DNA of 64,000 nt from an uncultured Sulfurimonas sp. (lineage in GTDB: Bacteria; Campylobacterota; Campylobacteria; Campylobacterales; Sulfurimonadaceae), in contig CAZJRG010000001.1 of the NCBI GenBank assembly GCA_964548435.1, positions 152 to 64,151 of the forward strand, written 5' to 3'. The notes beneath the pieces are model-generated. The model ran no database searches. It was not told the origin of the DNA and saw only the letters and a list, made by a program, of their open reading frames with translations. Positions within the stretch are counted from its first letter, which is position 1, and each line of letters begins with the position of its first letter. The position numbers and the translations under genes are program-made. This document shows positions 36,906-46,355 of the stretch, one piece after another.

Positions 36906-37642
36906 TGTTGCGTTTTCTTGTTCTCTTTTTAGGGCTTGCATCACTCCTTTTTGGGGCTGAAAGTGTCACCGTTCCTACAGTAAATTTTGAGCTCTCAGCT
37001 CCAGAGACTCCGCAGCAGCTTGTCTCCTCACTCAATGTTTTAGTCATTCTTACTCTTTTAGTTTTGGCACCATCTATGGTGCTCGTCATGACTACTTTTA
37101 CACGCTTTGTTATTGTATTTGGATTTTTACGTCAAGCGCTTGGAACACAACAAGTACCTCCAACACAGTTACTTGTCATGCTTGCGATGATTCTTACTTT
37201 TTTCGTGATGGAACCCATTGGTACAGAGTCTTACGAAAAAGGGATCAAACCCTACATAGAGGAGAAAATAGGGTACGAAGAGGCTTTTAACGAAGCGACA
37301 CTCCCCTTTAAAAACTTTATGATTCGCAATACGCGAGAGAAAGATCTTGCGCTCTTTTTTAGAATTCGTAAGATGGAAAATCCAAAAACCGTAGCAGATG
37401 TTCCACTCTCTGTCGTCATTCCTGCGTTTGTGATTAGCGAGCTTAAAACTGCGTTTGAGATAGGTTTTTTACTCTTCCTGCCATTTTTGGTTATAGACAT
37501 GGTTGTTGCCTCCATACTTATGTCTATGGGTATGATGATGCTTCCACCTGTTATGATCTCATTGCCCTTTAAGATACTCATTTTTGTTCTCATAGATGGT
37601 TGGAACCTGCTCATTGGAAATCTTGTGGCAAGTATAAAATAG
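36902..37642 (+). CDS. fliP: Flagellar type III export apparatus protein FliP
   Basis: Signal peptide, then LLVLAPSMVLVMTTFTRFVIVFGFLRQALGTQQVPP and the C-terminal ISELKTAFEIGF..FLPFLVIDMVVASILMSMGMMMLPP. Confidence 0.93.
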   Translation: MMLRFLVLFLGLASLLFGAESVTVPTVNFELSAPETPQQLVSSLNVLVILTLLVLAPSMVLVMTTFTRFVIVFGFLRQALGTQQVPPTQLLVMLAMILTFFVMEPIGTESYEKGIKPYIEEKIGYEEAFNEATLPFKNFMIRNTREKDLALFFRIRKMENPKTVADVPLSVVIPAFVISELKTAFEIGFLLFLPFLVIDMVVASILMSMGMMMLPPVMISLPFKILIFVLIDGWNLLIGNLVASIK

Positions 37643-37651
37643 GAGTGCAAT

Positions 37652-38764
37652 TTGGAGTGTAAACATTTTGGCTCATGCGGTGCTTGCAGCGTTTATGAGT
37701 CTGGCTATGAGGGACAATTGGCTCAAAAAGTAGCCATCAATAAAGAGCGTTTTAAGCGGTTTTACAAAGGTGAAATGAGGCTTTTTGTTTCGCCACAAGA
37801 GCACTATAGATCAAGAGCAGAGTTCAAAATCTGGCATCTTGATGGAAAGATATACTATGCGATGAATCATCAAAATAAAAAAGATGTCGTGTTTATAGAG
37901 GAGTGTCCTCAGGTGAACACTCACATAGAGGCACTTATGCCAAAACTCTTAAACGCCATAGATGAGAACAATATGGCGTTTAAGCTCTTTGGTGCTGATT
38001 TTTTAAGCTCGAGTGATGGTGAGATCGTGGTCTCACTACTGTATCATAGAGCTCTTGATGAGGAGTGGAAGAGTAAAGCAGCAGTGCTAGCGGAAACTCT
38101 TGGTATCTCAATCATTGGACGCTCACGAGGACAAAAAGTGATTATTGGTGATGATTTTGTCATCGAGAAACTCATTATAGACGAAGAGCTCTACAGGTTT
38201 GTGCATATTGAAAATAGCTTTACACAGCCAAACGCGACTGTCAATGCCTCTATGATTTCTTGGGCTAGAGAGATGTTTAAACTCTCTAACGGCGATCTTT
38301 TAGAGCTCTATTGCGGTGCTGGAAATTTTACAATTCCATTAGCAAAGCTTTTTCCTAGAGTTCTTGCTACAGAAATCTCAAAATCTTCCATAAATGCAGC
38401 AAAGCAAAATATGGCTAAAAATGGAGTTGAGAACATTGCGTTTGTACGTATGAGTGTTGAGGAGTTTGTAGCAGCACTTGATGGTGTAAGAGAGTTTAGA
38501 CGAATGAAAGAGATCGATATAGAGAGTTACAATATCCAGAGCATCTTTGTAGATCCTCCTCGAAGTGGTATGGATGAGCAATCAGCCCGTTTTTGCACAC
38601 GCTATGAGAATATTTTGTATATCTCATGCAATCCAGAAACATTAGCCCGTGACTTAGAGATACTTACCCAGACACACGAGGTAAGCAATATGGCACTCTT
38701 CGATCAGTTTCCATATACACATCATGTAGAAATGGGTGTAAAACTTACTAAAAAGAGAAGTTAA
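37652..38764 (+). CDS. trmA: SAM-dependent RNA (uracil-5)-methyltransferase, TrmA/RlmD family
   Basis: TTG start. SFTQPN, LELYCGAGNFT and VDPPRSG motifs. The N-terminus carries C-x5-C-x2-C (CKHFGSCGAC) plus a later Cys (EECP), like the Fe-S cluster of RumA-type enzymes, but no TRAM domain. Confidence 0.78.
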   Translation: MECKHFGSCGACSVYESGYEGQLAQKVAINKERFKRFYKGEMRLFVSPQEHYRSRAEFKIWHLDGKIYYAMNHQNKKDVVFIEECPQVNTHIEALMPKLLNAIDENNMAFKLFGADFLSSSDGEIVVSLLYHRALDEEWKSKAAVLAETLGISIIGRSRGQKVIIGDDFVIEKLIIDEELYRFVHIENSFTQPNATVNASMISWAREMFKLSNGDLLELYCGAGNFTIPLAKLFPRVLATEISKSSINAAKQNMAKNGVENIAFVRMSVEEFVAALDGVREFRRMKEIDIESYNIQSIFVDPPRSGMDEQSARFCTRYENILYISCNPETLARDLEILTQTHEVSNMALFDQFPYTHHVEMGVKLTKKRS

Positions 38765-38767
38765 ACG

Positions 38768-40174
38768 ATGAAAAAGATATTGATCATTAGTGATGGAAGT
38801 GTTGGTGAACACTTCATTCAAAGAGTCAATGAGACCTATACAAGTGAAAATATCTACTATGTTGTTGAGGCAAAAGAGAAAAAGTATGCCGACATAAACC
38901 CTGCACGATTTAAATTTTACTCTTTTGATTCGACTAGTTTTTATAAACTTGTAAATCTTTTGAAGATGGAGTTTGTTCAAGTTTTTATTATCATGGATAA
39001 TCAAAGTGATGTAGAAAACACCATTAAAAATATTCGTACTATCAAGAAACAACTCCGCATAATAGTGCTCAATCAGTGGCAGATGAGCAGCGATGACCCC
39101 AATGTTGTACTGGTCAATACAAATGAGATACTCGCATCGCGTTTTATAGACTACCTCCCAAATGTTCCTGTGGTAGCACAAAATGTCGGCTTAGGCGAGG
39201 GTGAAATCATGGAGGTTTTAGTCCCATTTGGAAGCTCGTTTGTCTACAAGCACATCGGTGTTATCGAGCAAAAAAATTGGCGCATTGTTGCTATATACAG
39301 AAACAGAAAACTTCTCATGCCTTCACGCAGACGTATGATACAGCCAAATGACCTTTTGATACTTATTGGCGATCCTGATGTTTTAAAGTCGGTTTATCGA
39401 GCTATCAAACGTGAACTAGGGCAGTTTCCTGAACCTTTTGGTACAAATTTACTCTTATATATCGATATGAATATCATTCCTCACAGACTCATAGAAGAGG
39501 TGATTCGTCGAGCGGTTTTTATCTACAAGAAGTTTAAATACGAACTCATAATTAGAGTCATCAACCCTTCAAATATAGAGATTTTACAATATATTAAAAG
39601 TTTTAGAGATCTTAAAATTAGAGTGAATATCGAATATGATGCAGTGAATCATGAGCAGAAGTTTCACAATGATATTAAAACATATCACATAGGTTTGGTG
39701 ATAGTTCCTAAAGAGATGTTTGCAGAGGAGCATGTAAGAAAAATGCTTTATGATGTCCATGTTCCTGTTATGAAGCTCTCGCATAAACGCTTCTCAACAC
39801 TCAAAGATGCCGCAGTTATTCTCTCAGACAATCGTGATTTGGAAAAGGTCTCAAGTACCATATTTGACATCTCTGAACAGCTTGGATTTAACCTAGAACT
39901 CTACAATTATCTCAATGAAAGTCAAGTCGAAAAAGAGGCAGTAATTGAGCACTACTACAACCTCTCAAGTATCTTCTCAAAGTCGATAAAACTCTTTAAA
40001 GAGAGTGAAAATCCAATACGTGTGCTTAAACAAAAAGAGAATTTTATACAGCTCTTGCCTTTTACCCAAAAAGTGAGTGCCAAGAGAATCTACTCGCTCT
40101 TCTCAACAGACAGTGAAAAACTTTCGCATAAACTGGATGATTTTCACCAAGTTTTTATTCCGCTTCAGCTCTAA
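38768..40174 (+). CDS. RCK_C (TrkA-C) domain protein with degenerate Rossmann-like N-terminus, function unknown
   Basis: 468 aa. KILIISDGSVGEHF (degenerate GxGxxG). EVLVPFGSSFVYKHIGVIEQKNWRIVAIYRNRKLLMPSRRRMIQPNDLLILIGDPDVLKSV fits TrkA-C. The C-terminal half is unassigned. Confidence 0.6.
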   Translation: MKKILIISDGSVGEHFIQRVNETYTSENIYYVVEAKEKKYADINPARFKFYSFDSTSFYKLVNLLKMEFVQVFIIMDNQSDVENTIKNIRTIKKQLRIIVLNQWQMSSDDPNVVLVNTNEILASRFIDYLPNVPVVAQNVGLGEGEIMEVLVPFGSSFVYKHIGVIEQKNWRIVAIYRNRKLLMPSRRRMIQPNDLLILIGDPDVLKSVYRAIKRELGQFPEPFGTNLLLYIDMNIIPHRLIEEVIRRAVFIYKKFKYELIIRVINPSNIEILQYIKSFRDLKIRVNIEYDAVNHEQKFHNDIKTYHIGLVIVPKEMFAEEHVRKMLYDVHVPVMKLSHKRFSTLKDAAVILSDNRDLEKVSSTIFDISEQLGFNLELYNYLNESQVEKEAVIEHYYNLSSIFSKSIKLFKESENPIRVLKQKENFIQLLPFTQKVSAKRIYSLFSTDSEKLSHKLDDFHQVFIPLQL

Positions 40175-40245
40175 ATTTTGGCTACTTTAGCCATTATTTA
40201 GCAAAAAAGAAGTAATATCCAAAACATATAAAATTTGGATACATC

Positions 40246-41295
40246 ATGCAAATACATATCCCGCTTCAAAAAACTATTGATAACTCATATAACATTACTA
40301 TCGATGCTCTGCCATCGCTTCATTTTGACACAAAAGTGGCGATCATTACAAACCCTAAAGTGGCAGGATTGCATCTTGCTTATCTGCTGAGTAAGCTCAG
40401 TGCAAAAGAGATCTACATCATCACTGTTCCAGATGGTGAAGCGTACAAAAACCAAGCCTCTGTTGAGTTGATTTTAGAGTCTCTTTTCAATCATAAATTC
40501 AACAGAAACTCTCTGCTTATAGCGTTTGGGGGCGGTGTTATTGGAGATATGTGCGGTTATGTAGCAAGTATCTACGAACGAGGTATAGATTTTATTCAGA
40601 TTCCAACGACACTGCTTTCACAGGTTGATGCCAGTGTAGGTGGAAAAACAGGTATGAATAACCATTTTGGTAAAAATCTTATAGGAGCTTTTTATCAACC
40701 AAAAGCAGTCTACATTGATCCTCACTTTTTAACCACACTTCCAAAACGGGAGTTTGGCGCTGGGGTCGCTGAAATAGTAAAAATGGCTGTAACCTTTAAC
40801 GACACCTTTTTTAGCTTTTTAGAGAGTGCAGATTTGAGTGATAATCTTACTCTTCAAGAGGCGATTAAAGAGGCAGTAGCGACTAAAGCACGTGTTGTGT
40901 CAGAGGATGAAAAAGAGCGAGGCATTCGTGCTGCACTCAACTATGGACACACTTTTGCACATGTAATCGAAAATGAGACAGCATATAAACGCTATCTACA
41001 CGGTGAGGCTGTTGCCATAGGTATGGTTATGGCAAACAGACTTGCACTCTCTTTGGGACTCATGACACAAGAGCAAACGCAGCGAGTTCAGCACCTACTT
41101 GAGAAGTATGCACTCCCAACACACTATGAAGTCAAAGATGCAAAAAGTTTTTATGAGGCCTTTTTTTTAGATAAAAAGAGCTCAGACACAAACATCACTT
41201 TCATTCTTCCAAAAGGTCTTGGAGATGTGGTTATGCCGCATGATCTCTCAAAAGAGCTCCTAATTGAGGTACTCAACTCTTTTGGAGCAAAATGA
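40246..41295 (+). CDS. aroB: 3-dehydroquinate synthase
   Basis: GGGVIGDMCGYVASIYERGIDFIQIPTTLLSQVDASVGGKTGMN and the HGEAVAIGM metal-binding block. Confidence 0.93.
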   Translation: MQIHIPLQKTIDNSYNITIDALPSLHFDTKVAIITNPKVAGLHLAYLLSKLSAKEIYIITVPDGEAYKNQASVELILESLFNHKFNRNSLLIAFGGGVIGDMCGYVASIYERGIDFIQIPTTLLSQVDASVGGKTGMNNHFGKNLIGAFYQPKAVYIDPHFLTTLPKREFGAGVAEIVKMAVTFNDTFFSFLESADLSDNLTLQEAIKEAVATKARVVSEDEKERGIRAALNYGHTFAHVIENETAYKRYLHGEAVAIGMVMANRLALSLGLMTQEQTQRVQHLLEKYALPTHYEVKDAKSFYEAFFLDKKSSDTNITFILPKGLGDVVMPHDLSKELLIEVLNSFGAK

Positions 41296-42935
41296 TGTTT
41301 ATTAAGATTTTTGCATTTGCACTTATTTGGTCCACTGCGTTTGCATCGACTGTTGATCAAAATCTCTCTAAACTTGAGCAAAATAGTACGCTCGAGCAGG
41401 CACAAGAGAAGCAAACACAGCTGCAACATCAAACGCAGTCACTTCAAAACTCGCTTGGTGTTTTAGAGAGGGAGATCGATTCTAATAGCGTTTGGATGAA
41501 AAGCTATGCTTCATACTTGACATCGTTGGAGATCAAAAATTCGCTAGAGAAGATTAAAAATCGTATAGATTATCTTGCAAAATATGGCAAAACGCAGAGT
41601 GACACTGACGAACTCAATGCGCTTATCTCTAAGGAGAACATACTTACACTGCAGGTGCAAAAGCTCAAAGGTGAGAGTGATGCACCATTTTCAAACCTCA
41701 TTACACCTCCAGTGCTTCATGAAAACATCGAAATCTCAAATCCTTTTGACATTTTTACAGGTTTTTCGCTTATCAAAACGCTCAATGAAAACTTTTCAGA
41801 CTACCAAAAGAAAAAAGAGAGTCTTACTCGAGTGGTATTACTACTCAAAAAAGAGCACCAGATCTATACAGAGCTGTATGACTTAGATAAAAATGAGACC
41901 ACACAACTCAAGCTCCAAGAGAAAAAAACGCAGCTTGAACGCTTTGAGACTGCACTCGATACGATGAGCGTCACTCTTAACATCTATCAACAGCGTTTAG
42001 AGATACTAGAGACAAATATCAACAAAGAGATTCAAACGCAGCTCTATAGATTTGCTAAAATCGTTACCGTTATTGTTGTTGTATTTCTCTTCTTTTTTCT
42101 GCTCAAGTTAGTCATTAAAAAGTACATTACAGACAATAAACGCTTCTATATGGCAAATAAAATCATCACTTTTTTAAATTTTATTTTAGTCATTTTGATA
42201 CTCTTTTTTAACTACATTGAAAACGCAGGTTATCTTGTAACCATTTTAGGATTTGCATCGGCGGGTATCGCCATTGCGATGAAAGATTGGTTTATGAGTA
42301 TTTTGGGTTGGCTTGTCATCGTTGTTGGTGGAAGCATAAATGTCGGTGACAGAATCCGTGTAGATATGGATGGGATCAAGTATGTCGGAGATGTTATGGA
42401 TATCTCACTGCTTCGCATGACACTTCTTGAAGATGTGACACTTACATCAGTTTTAGACAACCGTCGTGCAGGTAGGATTATCTTTATTCCAAACAACTAT
42501 GTCTTTACTCGAATGATCTCCAACTACACCCACAACTCCTTAAAAACGGTTTGGGATGGTATTGCCATCACTATCACTTTTGACTCAAATCACAAAAAAG
42601 CGATGCACATCACTCGCGAGATAGCCAAAAAGTTCTCTAAAGGCTACACCGACATCACTCGAAAACAGCTCAACAAACTTAGACAACACTACAGCCTTAA
42701 AAATACAAATGTCGAGCCAAGAGTCCATGCGCTCATCATAGAGAATGGTTTGAGCATCGAGACTTGGTATCTCACAAATGCCTATGCAACCCTCACGCTT
42801 CGAACAGTCATCTCCACAGAGATCATTGATGCGTTTAATCAAGAAGATGATATCACCATAGCCTACCCAACACAAAAGCTCAATATCTCTATGAAAAAAC
42901 AAGAGACAAGCGCCCACCAACACGAGATAGTTTAG
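41292..42935 (+). CDS. Mechanosensitive channel, MscS family, with N-terminal periplasmic coiled-coil extension
   Basis: Signal sequence, ~230 aa Gln/Leu/Glu-rich region, TM helices, then the MscS core GFASAGIAIAMKDWFMSILGWLVIVVGGSINVGDRIRV...YVGDVMDISLLRMTLLE. Confidence 0.85.
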   Translation: MMFIKIFAFALIWSTAFASTVDQNLSKLEQNSTLEQAQEKQTQLQHQTQSLQNSLGVLEREIDSNSVWMKSYASYLTSLEIKNSLEKIKNRIDYLAKYGKTQSDTDELNALISKENILTLQVQKLKGESDAPFSNLITPPVLHENIEISNPFDIFTGFSLIKTLNENFSDYQKKKESLTRVVLLLKKEHQIYTELYDLDKNETTQLKLQEKKTQLERFETALDTMSVTLNIYQQRLEILETNINKEIQTQLYRFAKIVTVIVVVFLFFFLLKLVIKKYITDNKRFYMANKIITFLNFILVILILFFNYIENAGYLVTILGFASAGIAIAMKDWFMSILGWLVIVVGGSINVGDRIRVDMDGIKYVGDVMDISLLRMTLLEDVTLTSVLDNRRAGRIIFIPNNYVFTRMISNYTHNSLKTVWDGIAITITFDSNHKKAMHITREIAKKFSKGYTDITRKQLNKLRQHYSLKNTNVEPRVHALIIENGLSIETWYLTNAYATLTLRTVISTEIIDAFNQEDDITIAYPTQKLNISMKKQETSAHQHEIV

Positions 42936-44186
42936 ATGAAAAAAAAAGTATATTTTAAAACCTTTGGATGTCGAACAAATCTTTACGACTCGCAAGTGAT
43001 GATGAGCTCGCTTCAAGAGTATGAGATTACCGACAATGAGAGTGAGGCTGATGCCATCGTCATTAACTCATGCACTGTTACAAATGGAGCTGACTCTCAC
43101 GTTCGCAGCTACATCTCAAGCGTAGAAAAAGAGGGGAGTGGGGCAAAGATTTTTCTCACAGGCTGTGGAGCTCACACTAAGGGCGAGTCTCTCTTAAAAG
43201 ATGGTCGTGTGCATGGCGTTTTTGGTCAGAGTGAAAAGCAAAAGATAGATACTTTGCTTAAAAAAGAGCAGCCATTTTACGATCCAGGAGATCTCAATCA
43301 TATCGATGATATGGTAGTAGATGAGTTCGTCGGCAAGAGCAGGGCATTTATCAAGATTCAAGAGGGGTGTAATTTTCGCTGCTCTTATTGCATTATTCCT
43401 TATGTACGTGGTGATGCAAGAAGTATGGATGAGTCAAGAATTTTAGAGCAGGTGAGCCGTTTGGCACTCAACGGTTTTGGGGAGTTTATCTTAACAGGAA
43501 CAAATGTTGGCTCTTATGGACAAGACAAACGCAGTTCTCTAGCTGAACTAATGAAAAAGATGTCTCAGATTCGCGGTGTACGCCGAATTCGCTTAGGAAG
43601 TGTTGAGCCTATTCAGATTAGTGATGCGTTTAAAGAGATACTGGGTGAACCTTGGTTAGAGCGACATATGCACATCGCCTTGCAGCACACATCTCCTGAG
43701 ATGCTTAAACGAATGAACAGAAGAAATGTCTACAGACAAGATAGAGAGTTATTTGAGTTTTTGGCCGACAAAGGTTTTGCTATTGGCACTGATTTTATCA
43801 CGGGGCATCCTGGAGAGAGCGACTCACTCTGGCATGAAGCTATGCAAAATGCAGCAGCACTCCCTTTGACGCACTTGCATGCGTTTACATACTCCAAACG
43901 CGATGGAACTCCCTCTGCTACTATGAAGCCAGAGGTAAATGGTAGTATTGCAAAAGAGAGACTTCACGAAATAGAGAGTCTCGTCAATGAAAAAAATCTT
44001 CAATTTAGACAAAATGTAAAAGCTCCTTTGGATGTCTTGATAGAGTCATACAAAGATGGCGTTTATCATGGTCTTGATCAATACTTCAATAAAATCATTG
44101 TCTCCTCACAAGAAGATTTGGTGGGTAACTGGATCACTGTAGAAAAATATGACGTTAAAGGAGATGCTAACTATGCCAGCATCTAA
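42936..44186 (+). CDS. mtaB: Radical-SAM methylthiotransferase, MtaB/MiaB-like
   Basis: UPF0004 N-domain KTFGCRTNLYDS...NSCTVT and the radical SAM box EGCNFRCSYCIIPYVRG. 416 aa. Confidence 0.85.
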   Translation: MKKKVYFKTFGCRTNLYDSQVMMSSLQEYEITDNESEADAIVINSCTVTNGADSHVRSYISSVEKEGSGAKIFLTGCGAHTKGESLLKDGRVHGVFGQSEKQKIDTLLKKEQPFYDPGDLNHIDDMVVDEFVGKSRAFIKIQEGCNFRCSYCIIPYVRGDARSMDESRILEQVSRLALNGFGEFILTGTNVGSYGQDKRSSLAELMKKMSQIRGVRRIRLGSVEPIQISDAFKEILGEPWLERHMHIALQHTSPEMLKRMNRRNVYRQDRELFEFLADKGFAIGTDFITGHPGESDSLWHEAMQNAAALPLTHLHAFTYSKRDGTPSATMKPEVNGSIAKERLHEIESLVNEKNLQFRQNVKAPLDVLIESYKDGVYHGLDQYFNKIIVSSQEDLVGNWITVEKYDVKGDANYASI

Positions 44187-45825
44187 AAAAACACGTATTG
44201 CGCTCTATCTCTCTGCGTTTATAACTATTGGACTTATTCTTTTTGCCATATTTCGCGACAACACTGAGCCCATAACGCTCAAAGATGCGAAAAAACTTCT
44301 ACAGTCACATGCTGTAAGCAAGGTGATTGTTACAAAAGAGTATGTCTACCTTCAAACGCAGGAGCACTACTACCGCATAGCCTCTTCACAGGTGACACCA
44401 GCACTCTTTGTAGAGTACAAGGTAGAGGTGGGCAGTGAGTCAAATCCCCTCGTGTATCTTCTCTTCTTTATCATTTTATTGGGGGGTGCATCTATTGGAT
44501 TTCGATTTTGGCAGAAGCGTTCAGGGTTTACACTTGCAGAGTATGGCAAAAATAGATCCGTCCAATCTACTCCAACAGACTCCTTTGCTAACACCATTGA
44601 ACCTACAAAAAGTGATGTGAGCTTTGATGATATTGGAGGTATTAGCGATGTCAAGATGGAGCTTGAAGAGATCATAGACTTTATGCGAAATCCTAAACGC
44701 TACAAGAGTTTTGGAGCCAGACTTCCAAGAGGTGTTTTACTTGTAGGACCTCCAGGTGTTGGAAAGACCATGATAGCCAAAGCAGTTGCACATGCAGCTG
44801 GAGTGCCGTTTTATTATCAAAGTGGAGCTTCATTTGTTCAGATCTATGTCGGAATGGGTGCAAAACGAGTTCATGAGCTCTTTGCAGCTGCGAAAAAAAA
44901 TGCTCCCGCTATCGTTTTTATAGATGAGATAGATGCAGTAGGGAAAAAACGCGAGGGATTACGTAATGATGAACGTGAAGCAACACTCAACCAGCTCCTC
45001 ACCGAGATGGATGGTTTTGAAGGTTCGAGTAGTGTCATAGTTATCGCTGCTACAAACAAGATTGATGTACTCGATGCTGCACTTTTACGTGCTGGACGTT
45101 TCGATCGACGCATTTTTGTTGAACTCCCGACTAAACGCGAACGAGCCTCTATCTTAAATAAATATCTTTCGCATGTTCCACATTCTGTAGATGTTGAGCT
45201 TATCGCAAATATGACCATAGGTTTTAATGGAGCCGCATTGGCAGCACTTGTAAATGAGGCTGCGCTGCTCTCTTTGCGTCAAAATAACTCTGAAGTGACT
45301 TTTGAGCACTTTGAAGCGGTAAAAGACAAAGTGATGTTTGGCAAGAAAAAGATTAAGATCTTAGGAGAGAAACAAAAAGCACACCGCATTACTTACCAAG
45401 CAGGTAAAGCAGTAGTTGCGGCTTACTATAACCTACCATTTGAGAAACTTTTACTCTCAAACGAACACCTTACACCTCTGGTTGAAGAGCCTCTGATGAA
45501 ACAAGAGCTTGAGTTTAGAGCCAAGATGCATCTTGCTGGAATGGCAGCCTCTCATATTCGATATGCTCAGCATTCAAGTAGTGTCAAAAGTGATCTTGAA
45601 AGTGCAAAAGAGATAGTCCATCTTATGTGTCAAGAGTATGGTATGGGTGCATCCATTCTACCTTCAGAGGACGAAGAGGAGATTATGCTGCAGCGTTTTT
45701 ATGAGGAGTGTACTATTTTACTTAGCTCATTAGTAGAGATAATGGACTCTGTTGAGCAGATACTTTTGGAGCGAGAAAGTATTACAAAATATGAAGTGGT
45801 AGAGCTTTTAGATGCGATTTCTTAG
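44173..45825 (+). CDS. FtsH paralogue: membrane AAA+ ATPase with a degenerate (zinc-site-less) M41 protease domain
   Basis: Two TM helices. Walker A GPPGVGKT, Walker B IVFIDEIDAVG, SRH ATNKIDVLDAALLRAGRFDRR. At the position of HEAGHA the sequence reads YQAGKA. Start set at ATG 44173 (MPASKK...). Confidence 0.85.
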   Translation: MPASKKTRIALYLSAFITIGLILFAIFRDNTEPITLKDAKKLLQSHAVSKVIVTKEYVYLQTQEHYYRIASSQVTPALFVEYKVEVGSESNPLVYLLFFIILLGGASIGFRFWQKRSGFTLAEYGKNRSVQSTPTDSFANTIEPTKSDVSFDDIGGISDVKMELEEIIDFMRNPKRYKSFGARLPRGVLLVGPPGVGKTMIAKAVAHAAGVPFYYQSGASFVQIYVGMGAKRVHELFAAAKKNAPAIVFIDEIDAVGKKREGLRNDEREATLNQLLTEMDGFEGSSSVIVIAATNKIDVLDAALLRAGRFDRRIFVELPTKRERASILNKYLSHVPHSVDVELIANMTIGFNGAALAALVNEAALLSLRQNNSEVTFEHFEAVKDKVMFGKKKIKILGEKQKAHRITYQAGKAVVAAYYNLPFEKLLLSNEHLTPLVEEPLMKQELEFRAKMHLAGMAASHIRYAQHSSSVKSDLESAKEIVHLMCQEYGMGASILPSEDEEEIMLQRFYEECTILLSSLVEIMDSVEQILLERESITKYEVVELLDAIS

Positions 45826-46333
45826 TGGTTTTTCCCTACAAGATGTTGTTCTTTTTTTCGACTCCCTGATTGATCAAAGCGACTTTAGTCTGTGTGGTTT
45901 TAGTTATGGAGCCATAGGGGCGCTCAAAGAGGCACTCCAAAGAGTGCAAAACTCAAAGCGACTAGATAGACTTCAGCTCTTTTCACCTGCTTTTTTTCAG
46001 ACAAAAGGTGCTGCGTTTAAACGTCTGCAACTGAGGGCATATGTCAAAGATGAAAGAGCATATCTTCAGCAGTTTATCTGCAATGCATTTTCCCCATATA
46101 CCCCCAAACATACTCTGCACAAACCGAGCAGTTTGAGTGAACTTCAGGAGCTACTCGATTATGTCTGGAGTGATGAAGAGCTCTCATTGCTTCAAAAAAA
46201 AGGGGTGAAAATCGAGGTCTATTTAGGGGGCGAAGATGCCATTATAGAGTCTGATATGGCAAGGGATTTTTTTATAAAGTATGCCACTGTTACGATTTTT
46301 AAAGATGCAAATCACTTCTTGCAAACATGCTAA
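45812..46333 (+). CDS. Small alpha/beta-hydrolase, BioV/BioG-like candidate pimeloyl-ACP methyl ester esterase
   Basis: 173 aa. Nucleophile elbow CGFSYGA (G-x-S-x-G), later GGEDAII and DANHF as candidate Asp/His. Overlaps the ftsH-paralogue stop by 14 nt. Confidence 0.5.
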   Translation: MRFLSGFSLQDVVLFFDSLIDQSDFSLCGFSYGAIGALKEALQRVQNSKRLDRLQLFSPAFFQTKGAAFKRLQLRAYVKDERAYLQQFICNAFSPYTPKHTLHKPSSLSELQELLDYVWSDEELSLLQKKGVKIEVYLGGEDAIIESDMARDFFIKYATVTIFKDANHFLQTC

Positions 46334-46355
46334 AAAATAGAAAAAAGGAGATGAG

